Shown: positions 29,643 to 40,752, counted from the first letter of the stretch. The stretch: 64,000 nt of DNA from an uncultured beta proteobacterium (GCA_963820965.1 CAWGCC010000007.1:28277-92276); one strand, 5' to 3'. Notes: generated by a model from the sequence alone, not told the origin. Numbers and translations are program-made.

Positions 29643-30541
29643 GCGAGCGCGACGCGGCGCTCCTCGACGAGTTCTGCGACCAGCTCTGGCTCGAGGACGG
29701 GCTTGCGAAGAACACGCTCGAGTCGTATCGCCGTGACCTGAGGCTCTTCGCGTCCTGGCTCGCGGGCCACGGCGGCGCCCTCGCCGCGGCGAGCGAAACG
29801 GACGTGCTCGGCTATTTCGCGGCCCGTCACGCGGGCGAGCACCGGCCGCGCGCGAGCACGCAGGCGCGGCTCGCCTCAAGCCTCAAGCGCTTCTACCAGT
29901 TCCTCGTTCGCGAGCACCGGATCGCCGCCGACCCGACGCTCAGGCTCGAGCCGCCGAAGCGCCCGCCGCGCTTCCCGAGGACGCTGACCGAGGCCGACGT
30001 CGAGGCGCTGCTCGGCGCGCCCGACGCGGCGACGCCGCTCGGCCTGCGCGACCGCGCGATGCTCGAGCTCCTGTACGCGACCGGCCTGCGCGTCTCGGAG
30101 CTCGTGCGGCTGAAGGCGGGCGAAGTGAGCCTCGACATGGGCGTCGTGCGCATCTTCGGCAAGGGGTCGAAGGAACGGCTCGTGCCGCTCGGCGAGGAGG
30201 CGGCCGCCTGGCTCGTGCGCTACCAGCGGGAGGCGCGAGCCCGGCTCCTCAAGGGGCGGGCCGCCGACGCGGTCTTCGTCACGCCGCGCGGCGCCGGGAT
30301 GACGCGGCAGGCGTTCTGGCAGCTCATCAAGCGTTACGGCGCACGCGCGATCCCGGGCAAGGCCCTGTCTCCGCACACGCTTCGACATGCGTTTGCCACG
30401 CATCTGCTGAACCACGGCGCGGATCTCCGCGTCGTGCAGCTCCTCCTCGGCCACGCCGACATCTCGACGACGCAGATCTACACTCACGTGGCTCGCGAGC
30501 GCCTCAAGGCGCTGCACGCGAAGCACCATCCTCGAGGCTAG
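29639..30541 (+). CDS. xerD: site-specific tyrosine recombinase XerD
   Basis: LWLEDGLAKNTLESYRRDL, LLYATGLRVSELV, GKGSKERLVP, SPHTLRHAFATHLLNHGADLR, LGHADISTTQIYTHV. Confidence 0.95.
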   Translation: MSERDAALLDEFCDQLWLEDGLAKNTLESYRRDLRLFASWLAGHGGALAAASETDVLGYFAARHAGEHRPRASTQARLASSLKRFYQFLVREHRIAADPTLRLEPPKRPPRFPRTLTEADVEALLGAPDAATPLGLRDRAMLELLYATGLRVSELVRLKAGEVSLDMGVVRIFGKGSKERLVPLGEEAAAWLVRYQREARARLLKGRAADAVFVTPRGAGMTRQAFWQLIKRYGARAIPGKALSPHTLRHAFATHLLNHGADLRVVQLLLGHADISTTQIYTHVARERLKALHAKHHPRG

Positions 30542-30545
30542 CGCC

Positions 30546-31037
30546 GTGGACAAGCCCGCTCGCGTTTCCGAGACGCCCGCCACCGCGTTCCTCAAGCAGC
30601 ACCGCGTCGCGTATACCGAGCATGTCTTCGAGTACGTGGAGCACGGCGGCACGCGCGCCGGCGCGGAGGCGCTCGAGCTGGACGAGCGCGCGGTCGTGAA
30701 GACGCTGGTGATGGAGGACGAGGCGAAGCGCCCGCTCGTGGTCCTGATGCACGGCGACCGCACCGTGTCGACCAAGAACCTCGCGCGGCAGATCGGCGTG
30801 AAGCGCGTCCAGCCGTGCGCGCCCGAAGTCGCACAGCGGCACTCCGGCTATCAGATCGGCGGGACGTCGCCGTTCGGGACGCGGAAGCGAATGCCGGTCT
30901 ACGTCGAGAAGAGCGTGCTGGGCCTCCCGAAGATCTACGTCAACGGCGGCCGGCGCGGGTATCTCGTCGGCATCGATCCGCAGGAGCTCGCGCGCGTGCT
31001 CGCGCCCAAGCTGGTCGAGGTCGGGCTGGCGGACTGA
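30546..31037 (+). CDS. ybaK: Cys-tRNA(Pro) deacylase YbaK
   Basis: TPAT, VVKTLV, GYQIGGTSPFG, VNGGRRG. Confidence 0.88.
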   Translation: MDKPARVSETPATAFLKQHRVAYTEHVFEYVEHGGTRAGAEALELDERAVVKTLVMEDEAKRPLVVLMHGDRTVSTKNLARQIGVKRVQPCAPEVAQRHSGYQIGGTSPFGTRKRMPVYVEKSVLGLPKIYVNGGRRGYLVGIDPQELARVLAPKLVEVGLAD

Positions 31038-31041
31038 GCGG

Positions 31042-31395
31042 TCAGGAGCGCGACCGCTCGATCGTGATCCCGACCCGTCCTGCGTCCTTGAGGATGCCGA
31101 GCTTCGCGACGCTGATGCGCACGCGCGGCGCGCCGAATTCCTCGAGGACGAGGTTCGCGACGAACCCGGCCAGCTCCTCGACGAGGCCGAACCGGCGCGC
31201 GTCGAGCTCCTCGCGGATGCGGCCGACCAGCACCGCGTAGTCGATCGTATCGCCGACTTTCCCGCTCGCGAACACGCGAGCGTCCGGCAGCTCGACCTCG
31301 ATGTCGAGCGCGATCGGCTGCGTCGTCTCGCGCTCGCGCTTGTAGATCCCGACTTTCGCCTCGAGGCGAACGTCGCGGACGAAGAGCTGGTTCAT
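31042..31395 (-). CDS. folB: dihydroneopterin aldolase
   Basis: VGIYKRER, TIDYA, LVEELA, KLG, VGITIER; divergent from plsY. Confidence 0.9.
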   Translation of the reverse strand: MNQLFVRDVRLEAKVGIYKRERETTQPIALDIEVELPDARVFASGKVGDTIDYAVLVGRIREELDARRFGLVEELAGFVANLVLEEFGAPRVRISVAKLGILKDAGRVGITIERSRS

Positions 31396-31431
31396 CGATA
31401 GCGAGTGGGCGTGAGGTAAACTTCCGTTCGG

Positions 31432-32052
31432 ATGGCGACGGCGGCATTCATTCTAATCGCTTACCTGATCGGCTCGCTCTCGTTCGCGGTGATCGTGAGC
31501 AGGACGCTGGGGCTGCCCGACCCGCACACGTACGGCTCGGGGAATCCGGGTGCGACAAACGTGCTGCGCACCGGGAACAAGCTTGCCGCGGCGCTCACGC
31601 TCCTCGGCGACGCAGCGAAGGGCTGGCTCGCGGTCTTCCTCGCGCAACGGTTCGCATGGCGGTTCGGCGTCGACGACGCGGGGATCGCCGCAGTCGCGGC
31701 TGCGGTGTTCGTCGGTCACCTGTTCCCGGTGTTCTTCCGGTTCAAGGGCGGCAAGGGCGTGTCGACCGCCGCCGGCGTGCTGTTCGCGATCGACTGGCGC
31801 GTGGGCCTCGGCACGCTCGTTACCTGGCTCGTGATCGCGTTCTTCTTCCGTTACTCGTCGCTGGCCGCGCTCGTCGCGGCCGCGTTCGCGCCGTTCGCGA
31901 CCGCGCTCATGCTGGGGTTCAACGTCTACGCCGCAGCGGTGCTCGCGATCTCGGCACTGCTCGTCTGGCGGCACGCGGAGAACATCCGCAAGCTGCTCGC
32001 GGGGACGGAGGGCCGGATCGGCGAGAAGAAGGCGCCGGTCGCGGAGAGCTAG
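31432..32052 (+). CDS. plsY: glycerol-3-phosphate acyltransferase PlsY
   Basis: [44 protein letters not shown]. Confidence 0.95.
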   Translation: MATAAFILIAYLIGSLSFAVIVSRTLGLPDPHTYGSGNPGATNVLRTGNKLAAALTLLGDAAKGWLAVFLAQRFAWRFGVDDAGIAAVAAAVFVGHLFPVFFRFKGGKGVSTAAGVLFAIDWRVGLGTLVTWLVIAFFFRYSSLAALVAAAFAPFATALMLGFNVYAAAVLAISALLVWRHAENIRKLLAGTEGRIGEKKAPVAES

Positions 32053-33068
32053 GCCGGCGGCAGGTCGGCGAGCTCCCAGCGCGGGCGCACCGTGAAGGCG
32101 TAGCCGCGCTCGCACGTCCTGGCCGCGCTCAAACGCAACGCGCCCGCCAGCGCGATCATCGCGCCGTTGTCGGTGCAGAGGTCGAGCTCCGGATAGAACG
32201 CCTCGAATCCGTCGGCGCGCGCGGCCGCGTCGAGCCGCTCGCGCAGCCGACGGTTCGCGCCGACGCCGCCGGCGACCACGAGCCGGCGCTCGGCGGTCGC
32301 CGCGAGCGCCGCACGGCACTTCGCCACCAGCACGTCGACGATCGCCTCCTGGAACTCCGCCGCCAGATCGGCGCGCGCGGCATCGTCGAGCACCCGGGTC
32401 CTGGCGGCCGTGGCGACCGCCGTCTTGAGACCTGAGAAACTGAAGTCGAGATCGCCGCTCGCGATCACCGGCCGCGGCAACCGGAAACGTCCGGGGTGCC
32501 CGCGGTCGGCGAGCGCCGCGAGCGCGGGCCCGCCCGGGTAACCGAGGCCCAGGAGCTGCGCCGTCTTGTCGAACGCCTCGCCGGCCGCGTCGTCCGCGGT
32601 CTCGCCGAGGAGCTCGTAGGCCCCCACGCCTTCCACCCGCATCAGCTGCGTGTGCCCGCCCGACACGAGCAGCGCGACGAACGGAAACGCCGGCGGCCGC
32701 GCGGAGAGCAACGGCGAGAGCAAGTGGCCTTCGAGATGATGGATCCCGATCGCCGGCACGTCCAGGCCGTAGGCCAGCGACGCGGCGATGCTCGCGCCGA
32801 CGAGCAGCGCGCCGGCGAGACCCGGGCCCGCCGTGTAAGCGACCGCGTCGAGGTCCGCGAGCGTCGCGCCGGCGCGCGCTAGCACCCGCTCGACGAGCGG
32901 GAGCGTCCGGCGGATGTGGTCGCGCGAGGCGAGCTCCGGGACGACCCCGCCGTAGTCGGCGTGCATCGCTGCCTGGGTGTGCACCTCCTGGGCGAGAAGC
33001 CCGCGCGCGGTGTCGTAGACCGCGACACCGGTCTCGTCGCAGGAAGTCTCGATGCCGAGGACGAGCAT
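32049..33068 (-). CDS. tsaD: tRNA N6-adenosine threonylcarbamoyltransferase TsaD
   Basis: [38 protein letters not shown]. Confidence 0.96.
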   Translation of the reverse strand: MLVLGIETSCDETGVAVYDTARGLLAQEVHTQAAMHADYGGVVPELASRDHIRRTLPLVERVLARAGATLADLDAVAYTAGPGLAGALLVGASIAASLAYGLDVPAIGIHHLEGHLLSPLLSARPPAFPFVALLVSGGHTQLMRVEGVGAYELLGETADDAAGEAFDKTAQLLGLGYPGGPALAALADRGHPGRFRLPRPVIASGDLDFSFSGLKTAVATAARTRVLDDAARADLAAEFQEAIVDVLVAKCRAALAATAERRLVVAGGVGANRRLRERLDAAARADGFEAFYPELDLCTDNGAMIALAGALRLSAARTCERGYAFTVRPRWELADLPPA

Positions 33069-33120
33069 TTCGGGTCGAGCGTAGCCGATTTGCCCGGTCG
33101 CGACTAACATTTGCTCTGCC

Positions 33121-33795
33121 ATGCGTCTCCTCATCGTCGAAGACGACGCGATGCTGGCCGACGGGCTCGCCCGGAGCCTCCGGCGCTCGGGCTATGCGGT
33201 CGACTGGGTCGACAGCGCCGAGCGCGCGCAGCTCGCCGTGGCGCACGAGACGTTCGATCTCGTCGTGCTCGACATCGGACTGCCCGGCATCGACGGCTTC
33301 GAGCTGCTGCGGCGTCTGCGCAGGGCCGAGCGATACGTGCCGGTGATCGTGGTGACCGCGCGCGACGCGGTGAGCGACCGGGTGCGCGGCCTCGACCTCG
33401 GCGCCGACGACTACCTCGTCAAGCCGTTCGCGTTCGAGGAGCTCGAGGCGCGGGTGCGCGCGCTGATCCGCCGCGGCCGGACGCCGACTACGCCGCGGCT
33501 CGCCTACGGCCCGCTCGCGCTGGACCTCGTCGCGCGCGAAGCGCGGGTGAGCGGCGAGCCGCTCGAGCTCACGGCGCGCGAGTGGGCGCTGATGGAGCTG
33601 TTCGTCACCCAGCCGGGCGTGGCGCTCTCGAAGGAGCGCATCGTGCAATCGTTGTCGAGCTGGGACGAGAAGCTCTCGCACAACGCGATCGAGGTCTACG
33701 TCTCGCGGCTGCGCGGGAAGCTCGAGCCGGCCGGGGTCTCGATCCGGACCGTGCGCGGGTTCGGCTATCTCCTCGAGACGCCGCATGACGCCTGA
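33121..33795 (+). CDS. OmpR-family response regulator (TctD/QseB-like)
   Basis: [31 protein letters not shown]. Confidence 0.93.
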   Translation: MRLLIVEDDAMLADGLARSLRRSGYAVDWVDSAERAQLAVAHETFDLVVLDIGLPGIDGFELLRRLRRAERYVPVIVVTARDAVSDRVRGLDLGADDYLVKPFAFEELEARVRALIRRGRTPTTPRLAYGPLALDLVAREARVSGEPLELTAREWALMELFVTQPGVALSKERIVQSLSSWDEKLSHNAIEVYVSRLRGKLEPAGVSIRTVRGFGYLLETPHDA

Positions 33796-35146
33796 TCGCC
33801 GCATCCGTACGCTGCTCCTGGGGTGGCTGCTCGTGCCGCTCGCCCTGGTGCTCGGCGCGAGCGCGGTTGCGAGCTACACCACGGCGCTGCGGATCGCGTC
33901 CGAAGCGTACGACCGCGCGCTGCTCGACCCGGCGCTCGCGATTGCGCAGCGCCTCTCGGCGGCCGACGGGAGCGTCGAGCTCGATCTATCGCCCGCGGCG
34001 CTCGAGGCGCTGCGCGTCGACTCGATCGACCGCGTCTACTTCGCGATCGGCGCGCACGGCCGGCTGATCGCCGGGCAGGCCGAGGTGCCGGCGCCGGCGG
34101 AGGACCCGGTCGAAGGGACGCCGGTGTTCTACGACGGCACGGTGCGCGGCGAGCCGGTGCGGGTGGCGGCGATGACCGTGCCGTTCGCCGACGGCCCGGC
34201 GCGCATCCTCGTCGCCGAGACGCTCGTCAAGCGCGAGCGCATGGTGCGCCAGCTCCTCGCCTCGAGCGCCCTCCCCGAGCTCGCGTTCTTCGTCGTCGCG
34301 CTCGCGGTCGTGTGGTACGGCGTCGGGCGCGGTCTCGCGCCGCTCGAGGACCTGCGCGCCGAGCTGGCCGGCCGCGCGCCGCGCGACCTGCGCCCCCTGC
34401 CTGCGGACCGGGCGCCGCTCGAGGTGCGCCCGCTCGTGCAGGCGCTGAACGATCTGCTGCGCCGTCTCGCCGAGTCGATCGCCGCGCAGCAGCGGTTCGT
34501 CGCCGACGCCGCGCACCAGCTGCGCACGCCGCTCGCCGCGTTGCAGGCGCAGGTGGACGCGGCACGGCGGGAGCCGATGCCGCCCGAGCTGGCCGCGGCC
34601 ATCGAGCATCTGCACGCGGCGGCGCGACGCGCGGCGCATCTCGCGCGGCAGCTCCTCACGCTCGCCGCGGTCGAGCCGGCGGCCGAGCGGCCGTTCGCGC
34701 CCGAGCCGACCGATCTGGCGGCGGTCACGCAAACCCGGGTCGCCGACTGGGTCGCGCGCGCCGATACGAAGGCGATCGACCTCGGATTCGAGCTCGAGCC
34801 TGCCCCGGTCGCCGGGGAGCCGGGCCTGCTCGCAGAGCTTGCCTCGAACCTCGTCGACAATGCGCTCCACTACACGCCGCGCGGCGGCGAGGTGACGCTG
34901 CGCACCGGACGCCGCAACGGGCGCGTGTTCCTCGAGGTCGAGGACAACGGGCCGGGCATTCCCGCCGCCGATCGCGGGCAGGTGCTGGAGCGGTTTCACC
35001 GCGTGAAGGGCACGCCGGGCGAAGGCTCGGGGCTCGGGCTCGCGATCGTGCGCGAGATCGCGCACCGACACGGCGCCGCGGTCGACATCGGGGCTCCGGC
35101 ATCGGGCAGCGGAACGCTAGTGGCGGTATCTTTCCCGGTCCCCTGA
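33785..35146 (+). CDS. sensor histidine kinase (TctE/QseC-like)
   Basis: Two TM helices, AYDRAL periplasmic start, DAAHQLRTPL, NLVDNA, DNGPGI, GSGLGL. Confidence 0.93.
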   Translation: MTPDRRIRTLLLGWLLVPLALVLGASAVASYTTALRIASEAYDRALLDPALAIAQRLSAADGSVELDLSPAALEALRVDSIDRVYFAIGAHGRLIAGQAEVPAPAEDPVEGTPVFYDGTVRGEPVRVAAMTVPFADGPARILVAETLVKRERMVRQLLASSALPELAFFVVALAVVWYGVGRGLAPLEDLRAELAGRAPRDLRPLPADRAPLEVRPLVQALNDLLRRLAESIAAQQRFVADAAHQLRTPLAALQAQVDAARREPMPPELAAAIEHLHAAARRAAHLARQLLTLAAVEPAAERPFAPEPTDLAAVTQTRVADWVARADTKAIDLGFELEPAPVAGEPGLLAELASNLVDNALHYTPRGGEVTLRTGRRNGRVFLEVEDNGPGIPAADRGQVLERFHRVKGTPGEGSGLGLAIVREIAHRHGAAVDIGAPASGSGTLVAVSFPVP

Positions 35147-35209
35147 AGCCAACGAAGGGGCCGGGTCAGCGTTCTGTCAGGTTTGGAGGGCTAGCTTCCG
35201 CCGTTTGCC

Positions 35210-36340
35210 GTGTACCGCCGCCTTCCCTTCCTCGCGCTCCTTGCCCTGATCGCCGCCGGCTGCGGCGAGCGTCCGGCGCCGCACGCCGACGCCGATGCGC
35301 GGGTCGAGGACGGGCGCGTCGTGTTTCCGGAGCGAAGCCCGCAGCTCGCCTCGATCGTCACGCAGACGGCCGAAGTGCGGCGCTCGGCCGTCGTCCGGCT
35401 CCCCGGCAGGGTGGTCTGGGACGAGGAGCGCACGGCCCGGCTCTACCCTGCATTCGCCGGGCGCGTCGTGCGGATCGACGCGAAGCCGGGAGACGTCGTG
35501 CGGGCGGGGCAGCGTCTCGCGCAGCTCGCCTCGCCCGACTTCGGCCAGGTGCAATCCGAGGGGCGCAAGGCCGCGGCCGATCTCGCGCTGGCGGAGAAGA
35601 ACCTCGCACGCGTGCGCGAGCTCGTGGCGAACGACGTCGCGGCGAAAAAGGACCTGCAGACCGCCGAGGCGGAGTTCGCGCGCTCGCGCGCGGAGCACGC
35701 ACGTGCGCTGGAGCGGGTGCGGCTCTACGGCGGCGGCGAGGCGGTCGACTCGACTTTCGCCCTGCGCAGCCCGATCGCGGGCACCGTCGTAGAGCGCAAC
35801 ATCAACCCCGGCCAGGAGCTGCGGCCCGAATCCGCGACGGCGAACATGCCGGCGATGTTCGTCGTGACCGACCCGACCCGCCTGTGGGTGCTGCTGGACG
35901 CCACCGAGCGTGAGCTCCCGCTGCTCAGGGCGGGGCGGATCGTGACCTTCAAATCGAGCGCGTATCCGGACGACACCTTCGATGCACGGATCGACGCCGT
36001 TTCCGACTTCATCGACCCGCAGTCCCGGACGATCAAGGTGCGCGGCTCGGCGGCGAACGAGGACCGTCGCCTGAAAGGCGAGATGTACGTCGTCGCGAGG
36101 CTCGAGGTGGCGGTGCGACCGGGCGTCTCGATCCCGGCGAAGGCGGTGTTCCTCCTCGGCAACCGGCACTTCGTGTTCATCGAGGAATCGCCCGGCCGGT
36201 TCCTCCGCGTCGAAGTCCACACCGAGGGCGAGGACGGCGGGGTCATCCCGGTCATCGCCGGCGTCGCGGCCGGCCAGAAAGTGGTGGTGGACGGGAGCCT
36301 CTTCCTGCAGCAGATCTTCGCTTCGAAGGCGAAGAATTGA
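35210..36340 (+). CDS. RND efflux periplasmic adaptor (CzcB-like)
   Basis: Lipobox AAGC, GDVVRAGQ, LRSPIAGTVVERN, IDPQSRTIKVR. Confidence 0.9.
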   Translation: MYRRLPFLALLALIAAGCGERPAPHADADARVEDGRVVFPERSPQLASIVTQTAEVRRSAVVRLPGRVVWDEERTARLYPAFAGRVVRIDAKPGDVVRAGQRLAQLASPDFGQVQSEGRKAAADLALAEKNLARVRELVANDVAAKKDLQTAEAEFARSRAEHARALERVRLYGGGEAVDSTFALRSPIAGTVVERNINPGQELRPESATANMPAMFVVTDPTRLWVLLDATERELPLLRAGRIVTFKSSAYPDDTFDARIDAVSDFIDPQSRTIKVRGSAANEDRRLKGEMYVVARLEVAVRPGVSIPAKAVFLLGNRHFVFIEESPGRFLRVEVHTEGEDGGVIPVIAGVAAGQKVVVDGSLFLQQIFASKAKN

Positions 36341-39300
36341 TTAAGCGCATCGTCAGCTTCGCGCTGCGCCAGTCGCACTTCGTGGTGCTCGGCACGGCGC
36401 TGTTCGTGGCGAGCGGCATCGCGGCGTTCAAGCAGCTCCCGATCGAGGCGTTCCCGGACGTGACCGACACCCAGGTGAACGTCATCACCCTCTTCCCGGG
36501 CCGGGCGGCGGAGGAGGTCGAGCGCCAGGTCACGATCCCGCTCGAGGTCGTGCTCGCCGGCATCCCGAACTCGGTGCGGATGTTCTCGCATACGCAGTTC
36601 GGCCTGTCGTTCCTCATCCTCACCTTCAACGACGCCGCCGACCCGTATTTCGCCCGCCAGCAGGTCGTCGAGCGGCTGCGCGAGGCCGACCTCCCGCCCG
36701 GCGTGCAGCCGGAGCTCGCGCCGCTCTCGACGCCGATCGGCGAGGTATACCGCTACCGGCTCAAGTCGGATATCCCGGACTCGCGCGAGCTGCGGACGCT
36801 CCAGGACTGGGTCGTGGTGCGGCAGCTCAAGCTCATCCCGGGCGTCGCCGACGTCGTGAGCCTCGGTGGCCTGATCAAGCAGTACGAGGTGAATCCCGAT
36901 CTCGGCAAGCTCCGCGACTACAAGGTGACGCTGCACCAGCTCACCGAGGCGCTCAGTCGCGGCAACGCGAACGCGGGCGGCGGCTACACCGAGCAGGGCC
37001 GCCAGCAGTACCTCATCCGCGGCATCGGCCTGCTGCGCTCGGCCGAGGAGATCGGGAACATCGTCGTCGCCGAGCGAAACGGCGTCCCGGTGCTCGTGAA
37101 GCACCTCGCCGAGGTCACCGTCGGCAATGTGCCGCGGCAGGGCATCGTCGGCCAGGACGACGAGGACGACGTCACGAGCGGCATCGTCCTCATGCGCAAG
37201 GGCGAGAATCCGTCGCTCGTGCTCGACGCAGGTGAAGGCGAAAGTCGCCCAGCTCAACGACGCCGTCCTGCCGAAGCACGTGAAGATCGTGCCGTTCTAC
37301 GACCGCACCTGGCTCATCGACCGGACGCTGCGGACCGTCTTCACCAACCTCGTCGAGGGCGCGCTGCTCGTCACCGCGGTGCTGATCCTCTTTCTCGGCA
37401 ACCTGCGCGCGGCGTTCATCGTGGCGCTCGTGATCCCGCTCTCGCCTGCTCGCCACGTTCCTCGGGCTGACCTTCGTCGGCATCCCCGCCAACCTGCTGT
37501 CGCTCGGGGCGATGGACTTCGGGATCATCGTGGACGGTGCGGTGATCGTGGTCGAGAACGTGTTCCGGCGCCTGAGCGAGGGCGTCAACGATCGCGTGTC
37601 GCGCGTGCAGAAAGATGCTCGACGCCACCGTCGAGGTCGGCCGGCCCACGCTGTTCTCGATGCTGATCATCATCGCGGCGCACATCCCGATCTTCACGCT
37701 GCAGCGGCACGAGGGGCGCATCTTCGCGCCGATGGCGTGGTCGGTGACCTCCGCCCTGGTCGGCTCGCTCATCCTGTCGCTCACGCTGGTGCCGCTGCTC
37801 TGCCTGTGGCTGCTCCAGAAGAACCTCGCGCACGAGGAGCCGCGGATCGTCCGGTGGTGCAAGCGGGCGTACGAGCCGGTGCTCGCCTGGGCGCTCGCGC
37901 ACCGGCGCGCGGTCATCGGCGGGGCGCTCGCAGCGCTCGCCGCGAGCCTCGCGCTGGTGCCGCGAGCTCGGCACGGAGTTCCTTCCGGAGCTGAACGAGG
38001 GCACGATCTGGATCAACGCGCCTTTTCCGCCCAGCGTATCGGTCAGCGAGGCGCGCGACATGACGCGGCGGATGCGCGAGCGGTTGCGCACCATCCCCGA
38101 GGTGAAGTCGGTGATGTCGAAGGCCGGCCGGCCCGAGGACGGCACCGACCCGAAGCTGATCAACATGGCCGAATTCCTGGTCGAGCCGAAGCCGGACGCC
38201 GAGTGGCGGCCGGGCCTGACCCGGCGCAGGCTCCTCGACGAGATGGAGCGCGTGCTCGAGGACCTGCCGGGCATCGACGCGTCGTTCTCGCAGCCGATCC
38301 GCGACAACGTGCTCGAGTCGATCTCGCAGATCGACGGCCAGATCGTGATCAAGGTGTTCGGCGAGGACCTCGGCGAGCTGCGCCGTCTCGCGCTGCAGAC
38401 GCTCGAGGCGGTCAAGGACGTGCGGGGCGTGTCGCGTGCTTTCATCGACCGGCTCGGCGAGCTGCCGCAGATCCAGATCCAGATCGACCGCGCCGCGGCG
38501 GCGCGGTACGGCCTGAACGTCGCGGACATCGAGGACGTCGTCGAGACCGCGCTCGGCGGCAACGCGGCGACGCAGCTCTGGGAGGGCGAGCGGCGCTTCG
38601 CGGTGGTCGTGCGGCTGCGGGACATCGAGCGAACGTTCACGCGGATACAGGACGTGCTCGTGAGCGCGCCGACCGGCGCCTACATCCCGCTGTCGCAGGT
38701 GGCCGAGTTCCGCACGCTCTCGGGGAGCATGAACATCAGCCGCGAGAACGGCACGCGGGTACTCTCGATCGGCATCTTCATCCGCGACCGCGACATGGGC
38801 AGCGTCGTGGCCGACATGAAGCAGCGGGTGGCGGCGGCGGTCACGCTGCCGCCCGGCTACACGATGGCGTGGTCGGGCGAGTTCGAGAACCAGGAACGGG
38901 CGATGGGGCGGCTCGCGGTGATCGTGCCGCTGTCGGTGCTGATCATCTTCCTGCTGCTGTTCGACGCGTTCAAGTCGTTCCGGAGCGCGCTGCTCATCCT
39001 CCTCAACATCCCGTTCGCGCTGATCGGCGGGATCCTCGCCCTGCTCGCGACCGGGATTCCGCTGTCGGTGTCGGCGGCGATCGGGTTCATCGCGCTCTTC
39101 GGCCAGGCGGTGCTGAACGGCGTGGTGATGGTGTCCTACTTCAACCAGCTCCGGAACGCCGGCGCGAGTCCGCACGAGGCCGTGATGAAAGGTTCGCTCG
39201 TGCGCCTGCGGACCGTGCTGATGACCGGCCTCCTCGCGATGCTCGGGCTCGCGCCGATGGCGATCTCGACCGGCATCGGCTCCGAAACGCAGAAGCCGCT

Positions 39301-39430
39301 CGCGGTCGTGGTGATCGGCGGGCTGATCTCGGCGACGATCCTGACGCTGATCGTGCTGCCGACGCTCTATCTCGTGTTCCAGGAGCGCTTTCCGCACAAG
39401 CAACGGCGGCCGGCGGCCGCGCATCCCTAG
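36337..39430 (+). CDS. CusA/CzcA family heavy-metal RND permease (apparent indels near 37230, 37445, 37610 and 37965)
   Basis: [57 protein letters not shown] spread over several frames. Confidence 0.9.
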
Positions 39431-39522
39431 CGTCGCGCGAATTCTTTGCCGGTGCGTCAGGGATTTGTCAGGCATGCGGGAGTACGGTATGTATGCTTCC
39501 TCTCAACTGGTCGAAACTCCTT

Positions 39523-39550
39523 GACGGCCCCACACGGGCCGTTTTCTTTG
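39523..39550 (+). terminator. intrinsic terminator
   Basis: ACGGCCC-CACAC-GGGCCGT followed by TTTCTTT. Confidence 0.75.
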
Positions 39551-39614
39551 GGGGAACCGGTCCCTGTTCACCGGTTTGGTGCGCTCCGGAGATGGCCCGA
39601 GGCCGGCCACCGCC

Positions 39615-39644
39615 TTGTCCGCAACCTCCTGATTCGGCTATACT
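39615..39644 (+). promoter_or_regulatory. sigma70 promoter of rpsU
   Basis: TTGTCC-18 bp-TATACT followed by a C-rich discriminator. Confidence 0.65.
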
Positions 39645-39672
39645 CCCGCGCCTTCGATCCGCCGGAGCTTCA

Positions 39673-39885
39673 ATGCCGACCGTTCGCGTCAAAGAAAACG
39701 AGCCGTTCGAGGTGGCCCTGCGCCGCTTCAAGCGCACCGTCGAGAAGACGGGCCTCCTCACCGAGCTGCGCGCCCGGGAGTACTACGAGAAACCGACCCA
39801 GGCGAGGAAACGCAAGCTCGCCGCCGCGATCAAGCGGCATTTCAAGCGGCTCCGCAGCCAGCAGCTCCCGCCCAAGCTGTACTAA
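39673..39885 (+). CDS. rpsU: 30S ribosomal protein S21
   Basis: [21 protein letters not shown]...YEKPT; 70 aa. Confidence 0.97.
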   Translation: MPTVRVKENEPFEVALRRFKRTVEKTGLLTELRAREYYEKPTQARKRKLAAAIKRHFKRLRSQQLPPKLY

Positions 39886-39908
39886 GGCGACCGAAGATTC
39901 AACCGCGA

Positions 39909-39942
39909 AGAGCGCCGGACGCCGAGCGTACCGGCGCTTTTG
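39909..39942 (+). terminator. terminator/attenuator after rpsU
   Basis: AGCGCCGG...CCGGCGCT stem followed by T residues. Confidence 0.6.
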
Positions 39943-39955
39943 CATTTGACAGGCC

Positions 39956-40399
39956 ATGACGCTCAAAGCCCGCATCACCGACGACATGAAGGCCGCCCTG
40001 AAGGCGAAGGACACCCGGCGCCTCGGCGCGGTGCGTCTCGCCCTGGCGGCGGTCAAGCAGCGCGAGGTCGACGAGCGGAAGGATCTCTCTGACGCCGAGG
40101 TAATGGCGGTGCTCGAGAAGATGATCAAGCAGCGCCATGACTCGATCCGGCAATACACCGCCGGCGGCCGCAAGGACCTCGCCGACCAGGAGCAGTTCGA
40201 GATCGACGTGCTCACGGCCTATCTGCCGGAGCAGGCGGCCGAGACCGAGATCGACGCCGTGATCGCCGCAGCGATCGCCGCCACTGGCGCGAAAGGCATC
40301 GCCGACATGGGGAAGGTGATGGGTCAGGTCAAGCCAAGGCTCGCCGGCCGCGCCGACATGGGCCAGGTCTCGGCGCGCATCAAAGCGCGACTGGCATAG
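39956..40399 (+). CDS. GatB/YqeY domain protein
   Basis: DMKAALKAKD, KQREVD, KMIKQRHDS, DMGKVMG. Confidence 0.93.
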   Translation: MTLKARITDDMKAALKAKDTRRLGAVRLALAAVKQREVDERKDLSDAEVMAVLEKMIKQRHDSIRQYTAGGRKDLADQEQFEIDVLTAYLPEQAAETEIDAVIAAAIAATGAKGIADMGKVMGQVKPRLAGRADMGQVSARIKARLA

Positions 40400-40513
40400 G
40401 CGACTCGCGCATGCCCGCGCCGTTACGGGGGCATGCGGCGGACCCGGGGGGATTGCGAAGGGCCTGTGGCCTCCATTCGCGCGGTTTGCGTAATCCCCAG
40501 AATCGGCTATAAA

Positions 40514-40740
40514 GAAGATCAGCGGGCGCTGCGAACCAACGCCCGCTTCGTCGTAGAGAGCCCGCGGAAAGAAACGGGGCAGCTGGGTGTTCCGCCAGAG
40601 GAGCGACCGGAACGGTTCTTGCAGGGGCACGGCCTCATCGCTAGGTTCCGGCAAGTGGGTGAACGATCAAAGGGGGCCGCAACACCCTTTGGGATTGCCC
40701 CTGGGCGGCGCAACGCCCCGCGGGAGCGGGGTGTTGCGAA
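40514..40740 (+). ncRNA. candidate structured RNA / long dnaG leader
   Basis: Putative promoter TTGCGT-16-TATAAA (40486-40513) followed by at least five stems; see findings. Confidence 0.4.
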
Positions 40741-40752
40741 GGTCGTTGACGA

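Noticed and set aside
29639..30541. Tyrosine recombinase as an island integrase
   Set aside because: Sequence and ogt/ybaK context match housekeeping XerD.
36337..39430. Programmed frameshifting or a genuinely split RND gene
   Set aside because: Four scattered breaks with no slippery heptamer; same pattern as indels elsewhere in the window, so most likely sequence error.
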